A DNA stretch of 64,000 nucleotides from an uncultured Methanoregulaceae archaeon (lineage in GTDB: Archaea; Halobacteriota; Methanomicrobia; Methanomicrobiales; Methanospirillaceae). Under the pieces are notes generated by a model. That model made no database searches. It saw only the letters and a program-made list of their open reading frames with translations, and had not been told where the DNA came from. Below are positions 32,141 through 41,922 of the stretch, piece by piece. Each line of letters begins with the position of its first letter. Positions within the stretch are counted from its first letter, which is position 1. The stretch lies in assembly GCA_963841015.1 (NCBI GenBank), contig CAWJAX010000005.1:352001-416000 (forward strand), written 5' to 3'. The position numbers and the translations under genes were made by a program.

Positions 32141-32503
32141 ATGAGTGACCGGTTCATTTTTACAAAATTCATGACGGATTGCTACCACTGTAAGCAGGTG
32201 GCAGACCAGATCATAAAAGCAGTACCTTACCAGGCGCAGGTAGCATGTGATAACTGCGGTGCGACCCGTATCTTTATCCCCCGCATTGAAGATGTTACTC
32301 AGCCCGGAACATTTACCAAGATCGGGTGTTATGATGTCTGGAATCTTCGTGAAACCGCGGAATGCAGAAACTGTCACGTGACGGGTTCCCATGATATTAC
32401 GATAGGTTGCCGTCACTTTACGGTCCGTTGCCAGAACTGCGGGTTCACCCATTTCTATAAATTCGATCTCGAATACTTGGCAAAGGATGAACTCAAAGTG
32501 TAG
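32141..32503 (+). CDS. Tandem zinc-ribbon protein
   Basis: Two CxxC-x18-CxxCG units (CYHC/CDNC and CRNC/CQNC). Confidence 0.75.
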   Translation: MSDRFIFTKFMTDCYHCKQVADQIIKAVPYQAQVACDNCGATRIFIPRIEDVTQPGTFTKIGCYDVWNLRETAECRNCHVTGSHDITIGCRHFTVRCQNCGFTHFYKFDLEYLAKDELKV

Positions 32504-32579
32504 CAAAGAGACCCCTTATTTTTCATGATACTGCGGTAATTTCGGTTTTGGAAAAAAGCTATGAAATATGTGGGGCATC

Positions 32580-33311
32580 TTAGCCGGTTATGGTAAGGGT
32601 ACGACGCTTTTTGGGATCTTTCATCGAATTATGGATCCGTTTCTGGTAGTTTTTTAAGATCTCCCTGAGCTCTGACCGGAGTTCAGGATTTTTTGTCAAA
32701 AAAATAAACATGACGGTGGTGTCTGCAATGATGAGCGGGGATACGCCGATCAATTGGGTCACATCTGCTGCTTTCGAATCGGGATCACTACGCCCAAAAA
32801 CGCGGTTTCGCTGAAAATGCTGGTAGATCATCAGAATGGATTCGTTATCCAGCTGATCCCAGAATCCTTTAAGCTCGGCAAATGAGAGATGTTTTTCAGT
32901 GTAATTGTTCTCTTTTATCCCGATATCCGGGTCGATGAAGAGGAGACAGGCTTGGGGGAAGTGTTCAAGAATACCGGAAAAATAGGTTGATCGTGTCGCT
33001 TGTGAAAAAGTCTCCTCCTTCTCGATCCGAACCCGCACTTTTTTTGTTCCGATGCTCTCCTTGAGTTCTTTGAAATACTCCTTAAGGGTCGCGTAATAAT
33101 TGTCCACATCTTCTTTTGTACGAAAACGCCGGAAACATTCGATCAGGTTTTTATTCCTGCATCCCGGATTCCCCCGGAACCGGGGATAATAGGCTGTCAG
33201 CATGGGGATGATGACCAGCCGGTCGATTTTTCCATGAAAATTTTTGAGGATATCGGTTATGAGATCGTATTTAAACAGGTCTTTTGTGTCCCCGAAAAAT
33301 TTTACATTCAT
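32580..33311 (-). CDS. Hypothetical protein, possible methyltransferase-like fold
   Basis: GAGGG RBS; motifs FFGDTKDLFKY, LFIDPDIG, KHLSFAEL, MIYQH. Confidence 0.65.
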   Translation of the reverse strand: MNVKFFGDTKDLFKYDLITDILKNFHGKIDRLVIIPMLTAYYPRFRGNPGCRNKNLIECFRRFRTKEDVDNYYATLKEYFKELKESIGTKKVRVRIEKEETFSQATRSTYFSGILEHFPQACLLFIDPDIGIKENNYTEKHLSFAELKGFWDQLDNESILMIYQHFQRNRVFGRSDPDSKAADVTQLIGVSPLIIADTTVMFIFLTKNPELRSELREILKNYQKRIHNSMKDPKKRRTLTITG

Positions 33312-33376
33312 CTGTATGCCCTCATACGAGGATATTTAGAGGGTGGATAAAAAAAGGTTGTGGATAAAGAAACTGT

Positions 33377-33631
33377 CTATTTTTCTTCCCGTATCATAGC
33401 AATCGCTTTTTTCGGGCATTCATTCGCGCAGATACCACACCCCTTGCAGAACATCAGGTCAACATTGAGATCTGCATCGATCGCACAGTCCGGGCAATAC
33501 ATCTCACAGAGACCGCACTGGTTGCACTTGTCTTTATCCACAACAGGTTTAAAGACACGCCACGTTCCGGTCTTTCCTGCCGCTCCCAGTATAGGTTTAC
33601 TCATTGCGAGACGCTGTCGATTCTGGCTCAT
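33377..33631 (-). CDS. porD: 2-oxoacid:ferredoxin oxidoreductase delta subunit (2x[4Fe-4S])
   Basis: TGTWRVFKP, CNQCGLC...CP, CKGCGICANECP. Confidence 0.93.
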   Translation of the reverse strand: MSQNRQRLAMSKPILGAAGKTGTWRVFKPVVDKDKCNQCGLCEMYCPDCAIDADLNVDLMFCKGCGICANECPKKAIAMIREEK

Positions 33632-34155
33632 TCGCTCATCTCCATGAATGCCGCTTCAGCTGCCTTGACATTGCGCTCATCCGTAAACATTTCCCGGATT
33701 GACTTTTTTGCTGAATCAACCGAAATGATACTCATCTTTGCAAGTGCCCCCAGCACCGGTGTGTTCAGGATAGGGCTTCCGGCAACGACGAGATTCTCCC
33801 TGAGTGCAATACCGGTCAGGTCCACATGACTTGTCTTAAAGCCGGGAAACTCCTTTTTGTGAGCACTGTTAACCAGGACTTTTCCGCCGCTTTTTAATCC
33901 CTGAAATACATCGACAACATCCATTACGCTCGAGTCGAGCACCACGACCATGTCAGGTTTTTTTATCTGACTGTAGATCCTGATTGGTGTATCATTTATC
34001 CGGACGAAGGATACGATTGGTGCACCCCTGCGCTCGGCACCGTAGAACGGGCATGCGGTTGCGTACTTCCCATCATGGATTGCTGAAAGAGCCAGGAGCC
34101 GTGCGGCAGTGACCCCTCCCTGTCCGCCCCTGGAATGGATGCGGATCTCATACAT
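33628..34155 (-). CDS. porC: 2-oxoacid:ferredoxin oxidoreductase gamma subunit
   Basis: EIRIHSRGGQG, YGAERRGAP motifs. Confidence 0.93.
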   Translation of the reverse strand: MYEIRIHSRGGQGGVTAARLLALSAIHDGKYATACPFYGAERRGAPIVSFVRINDTPIRIYSQIKKPDMVVVLDSSVMDVVDVFQGLKSGGKVLVNSAHKKEFPGFKTSHVDLTGIALRENLVVAGSPILNTPVLGALAKMSIISVDSAKKSIREMFTDERNVKAAEAAFMEMSE

Positions 34156-35260
34156 GGTCACTCACCCCGAACCAGAACTCTTCGCCGACATGACGCTTCA
34201 GGATGAAATCCGCAATATCTTCATAGGTGACTTCCTGGCCACCAAGACCGGCAATCACGCTGAACACATCGGTCTTCTGCTGAGCCTGGATGGATTTTGC
34301 GAGTATTCCCCCGAATCCAAACGAATAGTCGCGGTCGATAACGACGATTTCCTTTCCTTTGAGATCGAGGTCAGGGAACGGGCGCAGCCAGCGCAGGCGC
34401 ATTGAACCTGCCCTGATACCATCCTTGCGGAGCATATCGATCGCAACTTCGGCCTCCTTGCCGAGAGTGCCCATGGAAACAACGACCACATCGGCGTCTT
34501 CACATCGGTAGTCTTCGGTGAATCCGTACTTCCTGCCAAAACGCTTCGCGAACTCCTTCTCGGTTGCCCCGATTATTTTAACTGCATCACGCATCGAGCG
34601 TTCGATATCCCAGCGGAATTTAAAATGCTGGTCAGGGCCGGTAAGCCCGCCATATCCCGCAGGATTCTTCGGATCAATAGCATGGGGGAGGCGCATCGGG
34701 GGTATAAAATCCCCGATTTCGACCGTATCAAGCGGCTGCATGATATGACTCAGGGTGAAACCGTCAAGATTCACCATCACCGGCAACAGCACATCCTTAT
34801 GTTCGGCAATCCGGAATGCCATCAGCGTTGCATCGTATGCTTCCTGCACGGTGCTCACGTACACCTGGAGCCAGCCCGTGTCGCGTTCCTGCATTGCATC
34901 AGTATGCTCCGCCCAGATATTCCACCCGGGACCAATGGATCGGTTTACGTTTGCCATGACAACAGGCAGACGTGCGCCCGCTGCCCAGTTTGTCATTTCA
35001 TGCATATACAAAAGACCATGGGAGCTTGTTGCGGTAAATGTCCGTACTCCGGTGATACTCGCACCGATGCATGCGGCCATCGCGGAGTGTTCACTTTCAA
35101 CCGGAATATAACGACTTTTCAGTTCCCCTGTGGACACAAACTCTGCGATTTGTTCGACGATTTCTGTCTGGGGTGTAATCGGGTACGCGGCGATTACTGC
35201 CGGCTGAACCTGTTTTACTGCTTCAGCGACTGCCTTATTACCGGTTGCGATCTTTTTCAT
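34148..35260 (-). CDS. porA: 2-oxoacid:ferredoxin oxidoreductase alpha subunit
   Basis: YPITPQT, ESEHSAM, TATSSHGL, DGFTLSH motifs. Confidence 0.95.
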   Translation of the reverse strand: MKKIATGNKAVAEAVKQVQPAVIAAYPITPQTEIVEQIAEFVSTGELKSRYIPVESEHSAMAACIGASITGVRTFTATSSHGLLYMHEMTNWAAGARLPVVMANVNRSIGPGWNIWAEHTDAMQERDTGWLQVYVSTVQEAYDATLMAFRIAEHKDVLLPVMVNLDGFTLSHIMQPLDTVEIGDFIPPMRLPHAIDPKNPAGYGGLTGPDQHFKFRWDIERSMRDAVKIIGATEKEFAKRFGRKYGFTEDYRCEDADVVVVSMGTLGKEAEVAIDMLRKDGIRAGSMRLRWLRPFPDLDLKGKEIVVIDRDYSFGFGGILAKSIQAQQKTDVFSVIAGLGGQEVTYEDIADFILKRHVGEEFWFGVSDHV

Positions 35261-36135
35261 TCCTCAGCCTCCTCAGCAGCCAGTTTCTTGACATTTTTTG
35301 CGATATTCTGCCGGAGCAGTTCAAGCGTTTTTGCATCGATACCCTTAAACCGTCCTTGGGGGGCAAGATACTCTTCGAGAGGAACAGGTTTTTTCATTGC
35401 AGCTTTTGACTGGGGGTTGATGGAGAGCTTTCCGTACTCGCGTTCGTAGAGTATCCACATTCCGGATTTTACGGCAAGCTTTCCCATTTCGACGGATTTT
35501 TCCGTGGAATAACGCCACCCGGGAGGACAGGGTGCAAGGATGTGGATGAATGAAGGCCCCCGGAAGGTGAGCGCTTTCTGCACTTTCTTGAACAGATCCT
35601 GAGGGTAAGCAGCACAGGCAGTCGCCATGTAGGGCGGGTTGTGTGCGGCGATGATCGCATCGATGTCCTTTTTCGCATCTGTCTTACCGGTTGGCGTGGT
35701 GGTCGTGCGGGCGCCTATCGGTGTCCCCCCCGACCGTTGCATTCCGGTATTGCCATATGCCTCATTGTCATAGCAGATGTAGAGAAAATCGGTGCCCCGC
35801 TCAAAAGCACCGGACATCGCCTGGATGCCGATATCAAGGGTTCCTCCATCACCGGCATATACGATCACATTGGTCTTTTTTCCCGAGGCACGGAACGCAT
35901 TTGACATACCCGATGCACATGCAGCAGCAGCACCAAAGGCGATGTTGTAAACGGGTATATTGAAGGCTGTGTTCGGGTAAATGCCCTGTATGACACTTGT
36001 GCAGCAGGCAGGCACGACAAGAACGGTATCAGGTCCTGCCGCCTTGAGCACGTACCTGAGTGCGAGCGAATCGCTGCACCCGGCACACGCGGATGTACAT
36101 TTCAGCACGTATTCTTCTTTAGGAATTTCAGTGAT
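35257..36135 (-). CDS. porB: 2-oxoacid:ferredoxin oxidoreductase beta subunit (TPP-binding); start uncertain (ATC at 36135 or GTG at 36108)
   Basis: ACAGC, GDGG..DIG, YDNEAYGNTG.Q, PCPPGW motifs. Confidence 0.93.
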   Translation of the reverse strand: MTEIPKEEYVLKCTSACAGCSDSLALRYVLKAAGPDTVLVVPACCTSVIQGIYPNTAFNIPVYNIAFGAAAACASGMSNAFRASGKKTNVIVYAGDGGTLDIGIQAMSGAFERGTDFLYICYDNEAYGNTGMQRSGGTPIGARTTTTPTGKTDAKKDIDAIIAAHNPPYMATACAAYPQDLFKKVQKALTFRGPSFIHILAPCPPGWRYSTEKSVEMGKLAVKSGMWILYEREYGKLSINPQSKAAMKKPVPLEEYLAPQGRFKGIDAKTLELLRQNIAKNVKKLAAEEAEE

Positions 36136-36517
36136 GGTATCCAGCTCCTGCGGTGATACATAATATGTTAGTAAGCGCGAAAAGAGATCGCGAAACTATC
36201 TTAATACATCAACATGGGTCAAGAAAAAAGTATCATATCGTGCATGACTCCGGTGCTCAAGCAGCATATCTGAATCACTTTCACCCTGCCCGGTGAGGTG
36301 TTTAAAGATATGATATTTCAACAAGGTATGTGGGGAGGAAAAACCCCTCAGTGTCAGGTGCAGGATCATTGCACTTTACCCCTCCCGGCCTCTCATAAAC
36401 CTTACAGAAACCTAAAAAACCAAAAAAAACCACTTTTCTTTTTGTTTTTTTCTGGATGAGCTGATACGTCGGTGTATCCTGTCACATATCATAATATATT
36501 TTAGGATCATTTCTCTA

Positions 36518-37012
36518 ATGTCTTCTATGTCTCTTCGCTCGCTCAATCTCCCCGGTGTCGGAACAAAATATGAATTCGAGACCGATAAAGGTGATACGGT
36601 TGCAATTTTTTTCACAAAAACCGGAACTATCCAGATGTATACCCTCCAGAAAGGCTGCAAAACACCCAGCGCAGCGGAGATGACCCTTGTTGAGGCGCGA
36701 AGACTGGGGAACATCCTCACCGGTGCGATCATGGAAGCGGACCAGGAAAGTGTCGAGATCGCATTCTCGGCGCTTGCCGATCTCCGGGTTACTATCCATT
36801 CGTTCATCATCCCAAAAGCCATTTCCGGAAAAACAATTGAAGATCTCCAGATACGGGCAAAGACCGGGGCGACGGTAATCGCGGTCTGCCGGCATGACAA
36901 GAATATTATCAACCCCCCTCCCGCATTTGTCTTTGAGACCGGTGATGCGGCACTGGTTATTGGAGAAAGTGACCAGATCAGAATGTTTGAGCGCGAAATT
37001 ATGGTGGATTAA
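36518..37012 (+). CDS. KhtT-like RCK_C regulatory subunit of a K+/H+ antiporter
   Basis: LPGVGTKYE N-terminus; IRAKTGATVIAV...NPPP...GD RCK_C domain. Confidence 0.88.
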   Translation: MSSMSLRSLNLPGVGTKYEFETDKGDTVAIFFTKTGTIQMYTLQKGCKTPSAAEMTLVEARRLGNILTGAIMEADQESVEIAFSALADLRVTIHSFIIPKAISGKTIEDLQIRAKTGATVIAVCRHDKNIINPPPAFVFETGDAALVIGESDQIRMFEREIMVD

Positions 37013-38154
37013 TGGAAGGGATCGTCCTTGCGCTATTCGTCTGCCTTCTCCTGGTGCTCATCACCAAGTACCTGTCGGTTCCTGCAATACCCTTCTATAT
37101 TCTTGCCGGGGTATTACTGGGAAGTGCGGGGCTCGGGCTGGTCACTTCAGATGAGATCAGCCGTTTCCTGTCCGGAATGGGGCTGATATTTTTACTGTTC
37201 TTCATGGGTCTCGGGTTGAAACCCGAGCGTATTGCAGCAAACCGTTCTTCCGTCCTCACCAGTGGGTTCATCGATCTTAATGTCAACATGATTATCGGTT
37301 TTGCTGGGGCATACCTTCTGGGATTTTCGGTTACCGAGTCGCTTATTGTTGCTGCAGCGTTCTATATTTCGAGTACAGCGATGGCAATCACCTCGCTCAT
37401 CGAAAACCGGAAGCTGATGCTCCGAGAAGCCGAAACGGTCATCTGGCTGATGGTCTTTGAAGATCTTATTCTTATCATCTTTCTTGCCCTTATTTCAGCC
37501 GGTAACCAGAACCTGATCGTTTTCCTTGTGAAAATTCTCGGTGTTCTGGGGGTGCTTTATGCATTGGCCCATTATGGTAAAGAATTTCTTATCTCGATTC
37601 TTGACCGTGATGATGAGCTTCCGATCATCTTCACATTTGTTGCCGTGCTCACTACCGCCTCAGTCTCTATGTACCTGGGAATTCCCGAATCAATGATGGT
37701 GATCGCTCTTGGTGTTGCATTTGCAACAACGGATCCAGATGCTTTTGAGCAGCATGCTCGTCCCTTTAAGGATGTTTTTTTGGTCGTTTTCTTTGTTTTC
37801 TTCGGTGTCACTATTGACTTTTCCGGAGGGGTAAACTGGTTTACGATCACTATCATCTGCCTCCTCGCTATCGTGAGTAAGCTCATATCCGGTGTGCTAA
37901 CCGGAATATTCATTCATGGTTCGGCGCTTTCAGGCCTTGAAATCTGGGGAAATACGATTGGCAGGGGGGAATTCTCCATTGCTATTGCTGTTCTCTATGG
38001 CTCTCCGCTTATCGGGACCACGATTGCAGCGATGGTTATCGTAACATCGATCGTTGGATCGTTTGCGGCAAAATACAGTTCATCGTTACGGAGTGGGATT
38101 CTGCACCTGGGACGGAAAAAATCCTCCCCGCGCCGGGTGCATCCGGGACGCTGA
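37012..38154 (+). CDS. CPA2 family cation:proton antiporter (KhtU-like)
   Basis: Polytopic membrane protein; ISSTA, LMVFEDL, GRGEFS motifs; start overlaps the upstream stop. Confidence 0.9.
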   Translation: MEGIVLALFVCLLLVLITKYLSVPAIPFYILAGVLLGSAGLGLVTSDEISRFLSGMGLIFLLFFMGLGLKPERIAANRSSVLTSGFIDLNVNMIIGFAGAYLLGFSVTESLIVAAAFYISSTAMAITSLIENRKLMLREAETVIWLMVFEDLILIIFLALISAGNQNLIVFLVKILGVLGVLYALAHYGKEFLISILDRDDELPIIFTFVAVLTTASVSMYLGIPESMMVIALGVAFATTDPDAFEQHARPFKDVFLVVFFVFFGVTIDFSGGVNWFTITIICLLAIVSKLISGVLTGIFIHGSALSGLEIWGNTIGRGEFSIAIAVLYGSPLIGTTIAAMVIVTSIVGSFAAKYSSSLRSGILHLGRKKSSPRRVHPGR

Positions 38155-38157
38155 GTA

Positions 38158-38805
38158 TTATTCGATCAGCACAAGCCCGATCGAGTGGATATCGGAATGC
38201 ATGATCTTCCCATATTCATTATTTTTGCATGGGACCGTTTCAAGTTCCCAGCCAACATTTCTGGCAGTTGCGAACACGTCCATGCCTGCAGCCTCCATGC
38301 TCGGCCGTACCTTATCCATATGCCGGCACTTCCGGCGCATGCTTTCGTCCACTACTCCAGGCGCCTCCTCAGCAACACAGTGCTGGTGCTCGCAGTATAT
38401 GCAGGGATAACCGCCAAACCCGAATGCCTTGTAAAAGCCATCATAGAAAGCAGTCTTTTCAAGCAGGTGCATTGTTCCATTCACCCAGATGATCAGGTCC
38501 CTGAACCAGTCATGAAAGTCATCCGGTATATCCTCTGGCCCAAACGACCCCCGACCAGGTACCCCGTCAAACCGGAGCAGCAATCCGGTGGAGTACTCGT
38601 CTATCATGTGGCGGGTTTCATCGGGGGACGGGGCGTAGGGTGGACAGCCGAAATGCTTGCCATACCCTTTGCAGCCATACCGGCACTTGAACCGAACCCA
38701 TTGGGATACAACAATTTTTTCCGGTGTAATTATCTTGACTATAACACCCTTTCCGCTCGCAATTTTCGTGAGTTTTTCAATTTCATCCGAAATATCCGTA
38801 AACAC
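38158..38805 (-). CDS. DUF2284 metal-binding protein
   Basis: WVRFKCRYGC..YG...CPP, C..C...C, CRH..KVRPSMEAAGMDVFAT; likely GTG start at 38805. Confidence 0.87.
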   Translation of the reverse strand: MFTDISDEIEKLTKIASGKGVIVKIITPEKIVVSQWVRFKCRYGCKGYGKHFGCPPYAPSPDETRHMIDEYSTGLLLRFDGVPGRGSFGPEDIPDDFHDWFRDLIIWVNGTMHLLEKTAFYDGFYKAFGFGGYPCIYCEHQHCVAEEAPGVVDESMRRKCRHMDKVRPSMEAAGMDVFATARNVGWELETVPCKNNEYGKIMHSDIHSIGLVLIE

Positions 38806-39075
38806 ACCCAAAGCTCCCAAAAGAGAAGATGAGAACAGGTACCAATAAAAGTTTGTGCCCGGCTCGTTATGCTTATCAGGTATGCCGCTCTGATTATTTG
38901 GTGTCTGACCCAGGAATAAACGGGAGCGGTACATTCAAAACCTACAGGTAACCTTTCTTTGAATGTCGCAGGGTAGGGATATCTCATAAAACCCTGGAGG
39001 ATTTAACGTGCGGATAGTGCACCGATCTGCATATTATCAGCTATGAACGTGAATTCAGGTGAAGGATGTTTGGGT

Positions 39076-39522
39076 CTATTCCCGGTTATCCTCCTTTTTG
39101 CCCCGCACTTCAATGATGCGTTGCACAACGAACCGTGAACTGCAGAGATCCCCGTTTTCGTATTTGCCGATGCGGACAATTTCCGGAGCCAGCCCGCGTT
39201 CAGTGAGCTGCAGATGTAGTGTTCTCTCATCGAAATGCTGGTTGAATCCTATGGTAATTACATCAGGCTGGATCTCTTTGATCGGGAGGAACATATCCGT
39301 TTTATCCCCAAGAATTGCATGATCTACGGGTTTCAGGGCAGCGACCATCTGGAGGCGGTACTCTTCGGGAATGATAGGACTGGGTTTGTGTCTGACGTTT
39401 GCGTCACGGGCAACGATTACCCAGAGCTCGTCACCCATTTTTTTTGATTCCTCAAGATAGTAAAGATGCCCCGGGTGGAGGATATCAAACGTCCCGGTAG
39501 CGACGACCCGGCGAGGAATCAC
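39076..39522 (-). CDS. ribL: FAD synthase (FMN adenylyltransferase)
   Basis: TGTFDILHPGH (HxGH), ARD, PDVITIG, CSS motifs. Confidence 0.9.
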   Translation of the reverse strand: MIPRRVVATGTFDILHPGHLYYLEESKKMGDELWVIVARDANVRHKPSPIIPEEYRLQMVAALKPVDHAILGDKTDMFLPIKEIQPDVITIGFNQHFDERTLHLQLTERGLAPEIVRIGKYENGDLCSSRFVVQRIIEVRGKKEDNRE

Positions 39523-39890
39523 CCGATCACCTCAATGGTGTGCGGATTGCCATCTGCCGTAAAACACTGCCAGTCAGACTCGTGATACGGGTAACCGATG
39601 ATAAGGTGATACCGGCCTGTCCGCGGAAAAAAATTCACATCTGCCTGCGAAGGGCGAAGTATACCGTTCGGGTGACTGTGGGCGCTCCCGGCAAGATGGG
39701 TATCAAGTGGCATCATATCAAAGAGAAGTGATGCGGAATCCTCTCCGGCTATGGTGCCCGGGAGCATATTCATCTCCTCAATAATGCCGTCCCGTTCGCG
39801 GAGGAGGGCGACGAATTCATTGGGGTGGCTGGTGCGTCCCAACTCAAGGAGAAGTAACAGGAGTTCCTGTCGGATTCCGCGAATATTCAT
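39519..39890 (-). CDS. JAMM/MPN+ metalloprotease (desampylase-like)
   Basis: HPNE...HSHP...PS..D JAMM motif. Confidence 0.9.
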   Translation of the reverse strand: MNIRGIRQELLLLLLELGRTSHPNEFVALLRERDGIIEEMNMLPGTIAGEDSASLLFDMMPLDTHLAGSAHSHPNGILRPSQADVNFFPRTGRYHLIIGYPYHESDWQCFTADGNPHTIEVIG

Positions 39891-40127
39891 GATTCTGGTC
39901 CTCTGTCAGCACATCAGCGCTGTACCGATCTTTTTTGTTGTGTTCCTAAAATAAACTCTCGCAACAAAGAGAAGGAAATCTTTTTCTGGCAGGGAATGGA
40001 CATCATCCCATTTATCAAGAATATCTGATACAGGTTCTGGAGATTTTATGAGGGGATGTAATTGAGTAATTTTGTTACCTCAAAACATGGTTGGGAATCT
40101 TCCTTCAATACCAACGACACTAAAATA

Positions 40128-40409
40128 TTATTTCCGGCCCGTCACCTTGATGACGTGGTAGCCAAACTGGGTCTTTATCGGGCCAACAACTTTTCCGGGA
40201 TCGTTTTCGAATGCAACTTTCTCAAACTCCGGCACCATCTGACCTTTACCAAACCAGCCGAGATCTCCCCCATCCTTCCGGGAGGGGCAGGACGAGAAGC
40301 GTTTTGCAACTGCAGCAAAATCTTCACCATCATTAATTCTTTTCATTATTCTGTTTGCCTCATCCTCAGTTTTTACGAGGATGTGGGATGCACGTGCCTG
40401 TTGTACCAT
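40128..40409 (-). CDS. ppiC: Parvulin-type peptidyl-prolyl isomerase
   Basis: ASHILV, SSCPS..DGGDLG.F..GQMV.EFE, TQFGYHVI. Confidence 0.95.
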   Translation of the reverse strand: MVQQARASHILVKTEDEANRIMKRINDGEDFAAVAKRFSSCPSRKDGGDLGWFGKGQMVPEFEKVAFENDPGKVVGPIKTQFGYHVIKVTGRK

Positions 40410-40468
40410 ACTTAGAATTGGAAGAATTATGGGATAAAAGAATTGATGGCAAGGAGAACAGATCCCTT

Positions 40469-41881
40469 TTAGAAATCCCCATCCTGTTCAAAGCTCCTGC
40501 CATACCTGATTGCCAGCTCTGCTTTGTATAATTCTCTTCCAAGATACGCGGCATGATCAAGGAGTGAAACATCCTCATGCGACAGGATGGTGTACAGCAC
40601 ATCCTGCCAGTGCCTTCCCCGAACAGCCTTGCCGTGGATCACTGCAATAATATAATCACCCTCAATGCCAATACGGAAGTTGCCTTTTGGATCATACGTG
40701 ATTTCAGCGGGCATTTTCTTTGCAGGGGTTATTGTATCATAGTCAAGCGGTGGTTCACGCCTTTTCCGCTTTTCCTTGAGCACAAGCATATCGATGCCGA
40801 GATCTTTTGGATAGGGGCGGTCAGAGCAGAGTGACATCATTTCTGTCGCCCGACGCATCTCCCGGATTGATCCCATGGTCTTGTCCGAGTGCTCGCTGGT
40901 AAAGATTATTGAAGCGCCCGATTCATATGCCATGCCGGCCAGTAATGCATTAACACCAATGGAGTCTGCATCGAGAAGCTCAACAACGTTCCCGGCACCA
41001 AAGAAGAGCGGATACCCCGTATACTTAAAATTCTTCAGGGAAGTGACAAGACCGGAACCCACCGGCTGGAGCAAAGGATCAGCAATGATACATTCAATGC
41101 CCGCACGTTCTGCCAGCGCAAGGTTCTTTTTAAGCGTGCTGTTGCCCGGTACAATAACAGCTGCAACCCCTGCATCCGCAACATCAGCACCCACTGCGGG
41201 AATGTTGGTCTCCTGCAGGCTGAGGATAATATCAGCCCGCACCAGTGCTGTACGGATCAGATCAGGGTGTTGGGAATCAACAGCGAGAGGGCGGTCAATA
41301 TCATCTAACAAAGAGAAGACCCGCGACACATCCTCCGGTATAGCATCGAAGCCAAACCCAAGGTCAACGATATCGGCACCCGAACCAAAATAGTATTCTA
41401 CTACCTCCCGGATATTGGGACACCTGTGGGCATCCATCACTTCTGCAAGAACCTTGATCCGTGATCCGTCACCGATCTTGGTATTCCGGATCACAAAATC
41501 GAATCCGGCATCATGCTCCCGTTCTCCGATTTTTTTGTACGCGGCTTCTGCTTTTCTCCCGGCAAGAAAGTCGTCAGCGGGAATTGTGCGCGAGAGCGTT
41601 ATCGTATCGAGAAGTGGAAGGATCATCGCAAGGTCTGCAGCATGCCGGGGACCGCGGTAAACAGGGACGCCAGTCTCACGTTCTACCTGTTCAAATGATG
41701 CAGTGCACATACCGGAGACGATTACCAGATCATACTCTCCTTTTTTGATCAGAACATGGAGCATGTGGGGTGTAATAAACGATGCAATTTCTCCCGTCAC
41801 CACTACCTTCGCGTCATAACCCGCCGCCGCACATTTTACCATTTCTTCGGTGGCGGCACCAGTGGGCAGGAGGATGCGCAT
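40469..41881 (-). CDS. Dihydropteroate synthase-like protein (methanogen type) with C-terminal DUF4346-like domain
   Basis: GPRHAADL, GADIVDLG, GAGNVVELLDADS.G.N, SLLDHAAYLGREL.KAE..FEQD. Confidence 0.85.
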   Translation of the reverse strand: MRILLPTGAATEEMVKCAAAGYDAKVVVTGEIASFITPHMLHVLIKKGEYDLVIVSGMCTASFEQVERETGVPVYRGPRHAADLAMILPLLDTITLSRTIPADDFLAGRKAEAAYKKIGEREHDAGFDFVIRNTKIGDGSRIKVLAEVMDAHRCPNIREVVEYYFGSGADIVDLGFGFDAIPEDVSRVFSLLDDIDRPLAVDSQHPDLIRTALVRADIILSLQETNIPAVGADVADAGVAAVIVPGNSTLKKNLALAERAGIECIIADPLLQPVGSGLVTSLKNFKYTGYPLFFGAGNVVELLDADSIGVNALLAGMAYESGASIIFTSEHSDKTMGSIREMRRATEMMSLCSDRPYPKDLGIDMLVLKEKRKRREPPLDYDTITPAKKMPAEITYDPKGNFRIGIEGDYIIAVIHGKAVRGRHWQDVLYTILSHEDVSLLDHAAYLGRELYKAELAIRYGRSFEQDGDF

Positions 41882-41922
41882 AAGTTCCCTTAATATCAGA
41901 GAGATAAAAACACTATGATCAG

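Noticed and set aside
36198-36370. ~57-codon minus-strand ORF with a GGGAGGGG element upstream of porB
   Set aside because: No recognisable motifs; likely chance in a divergent promoter region.
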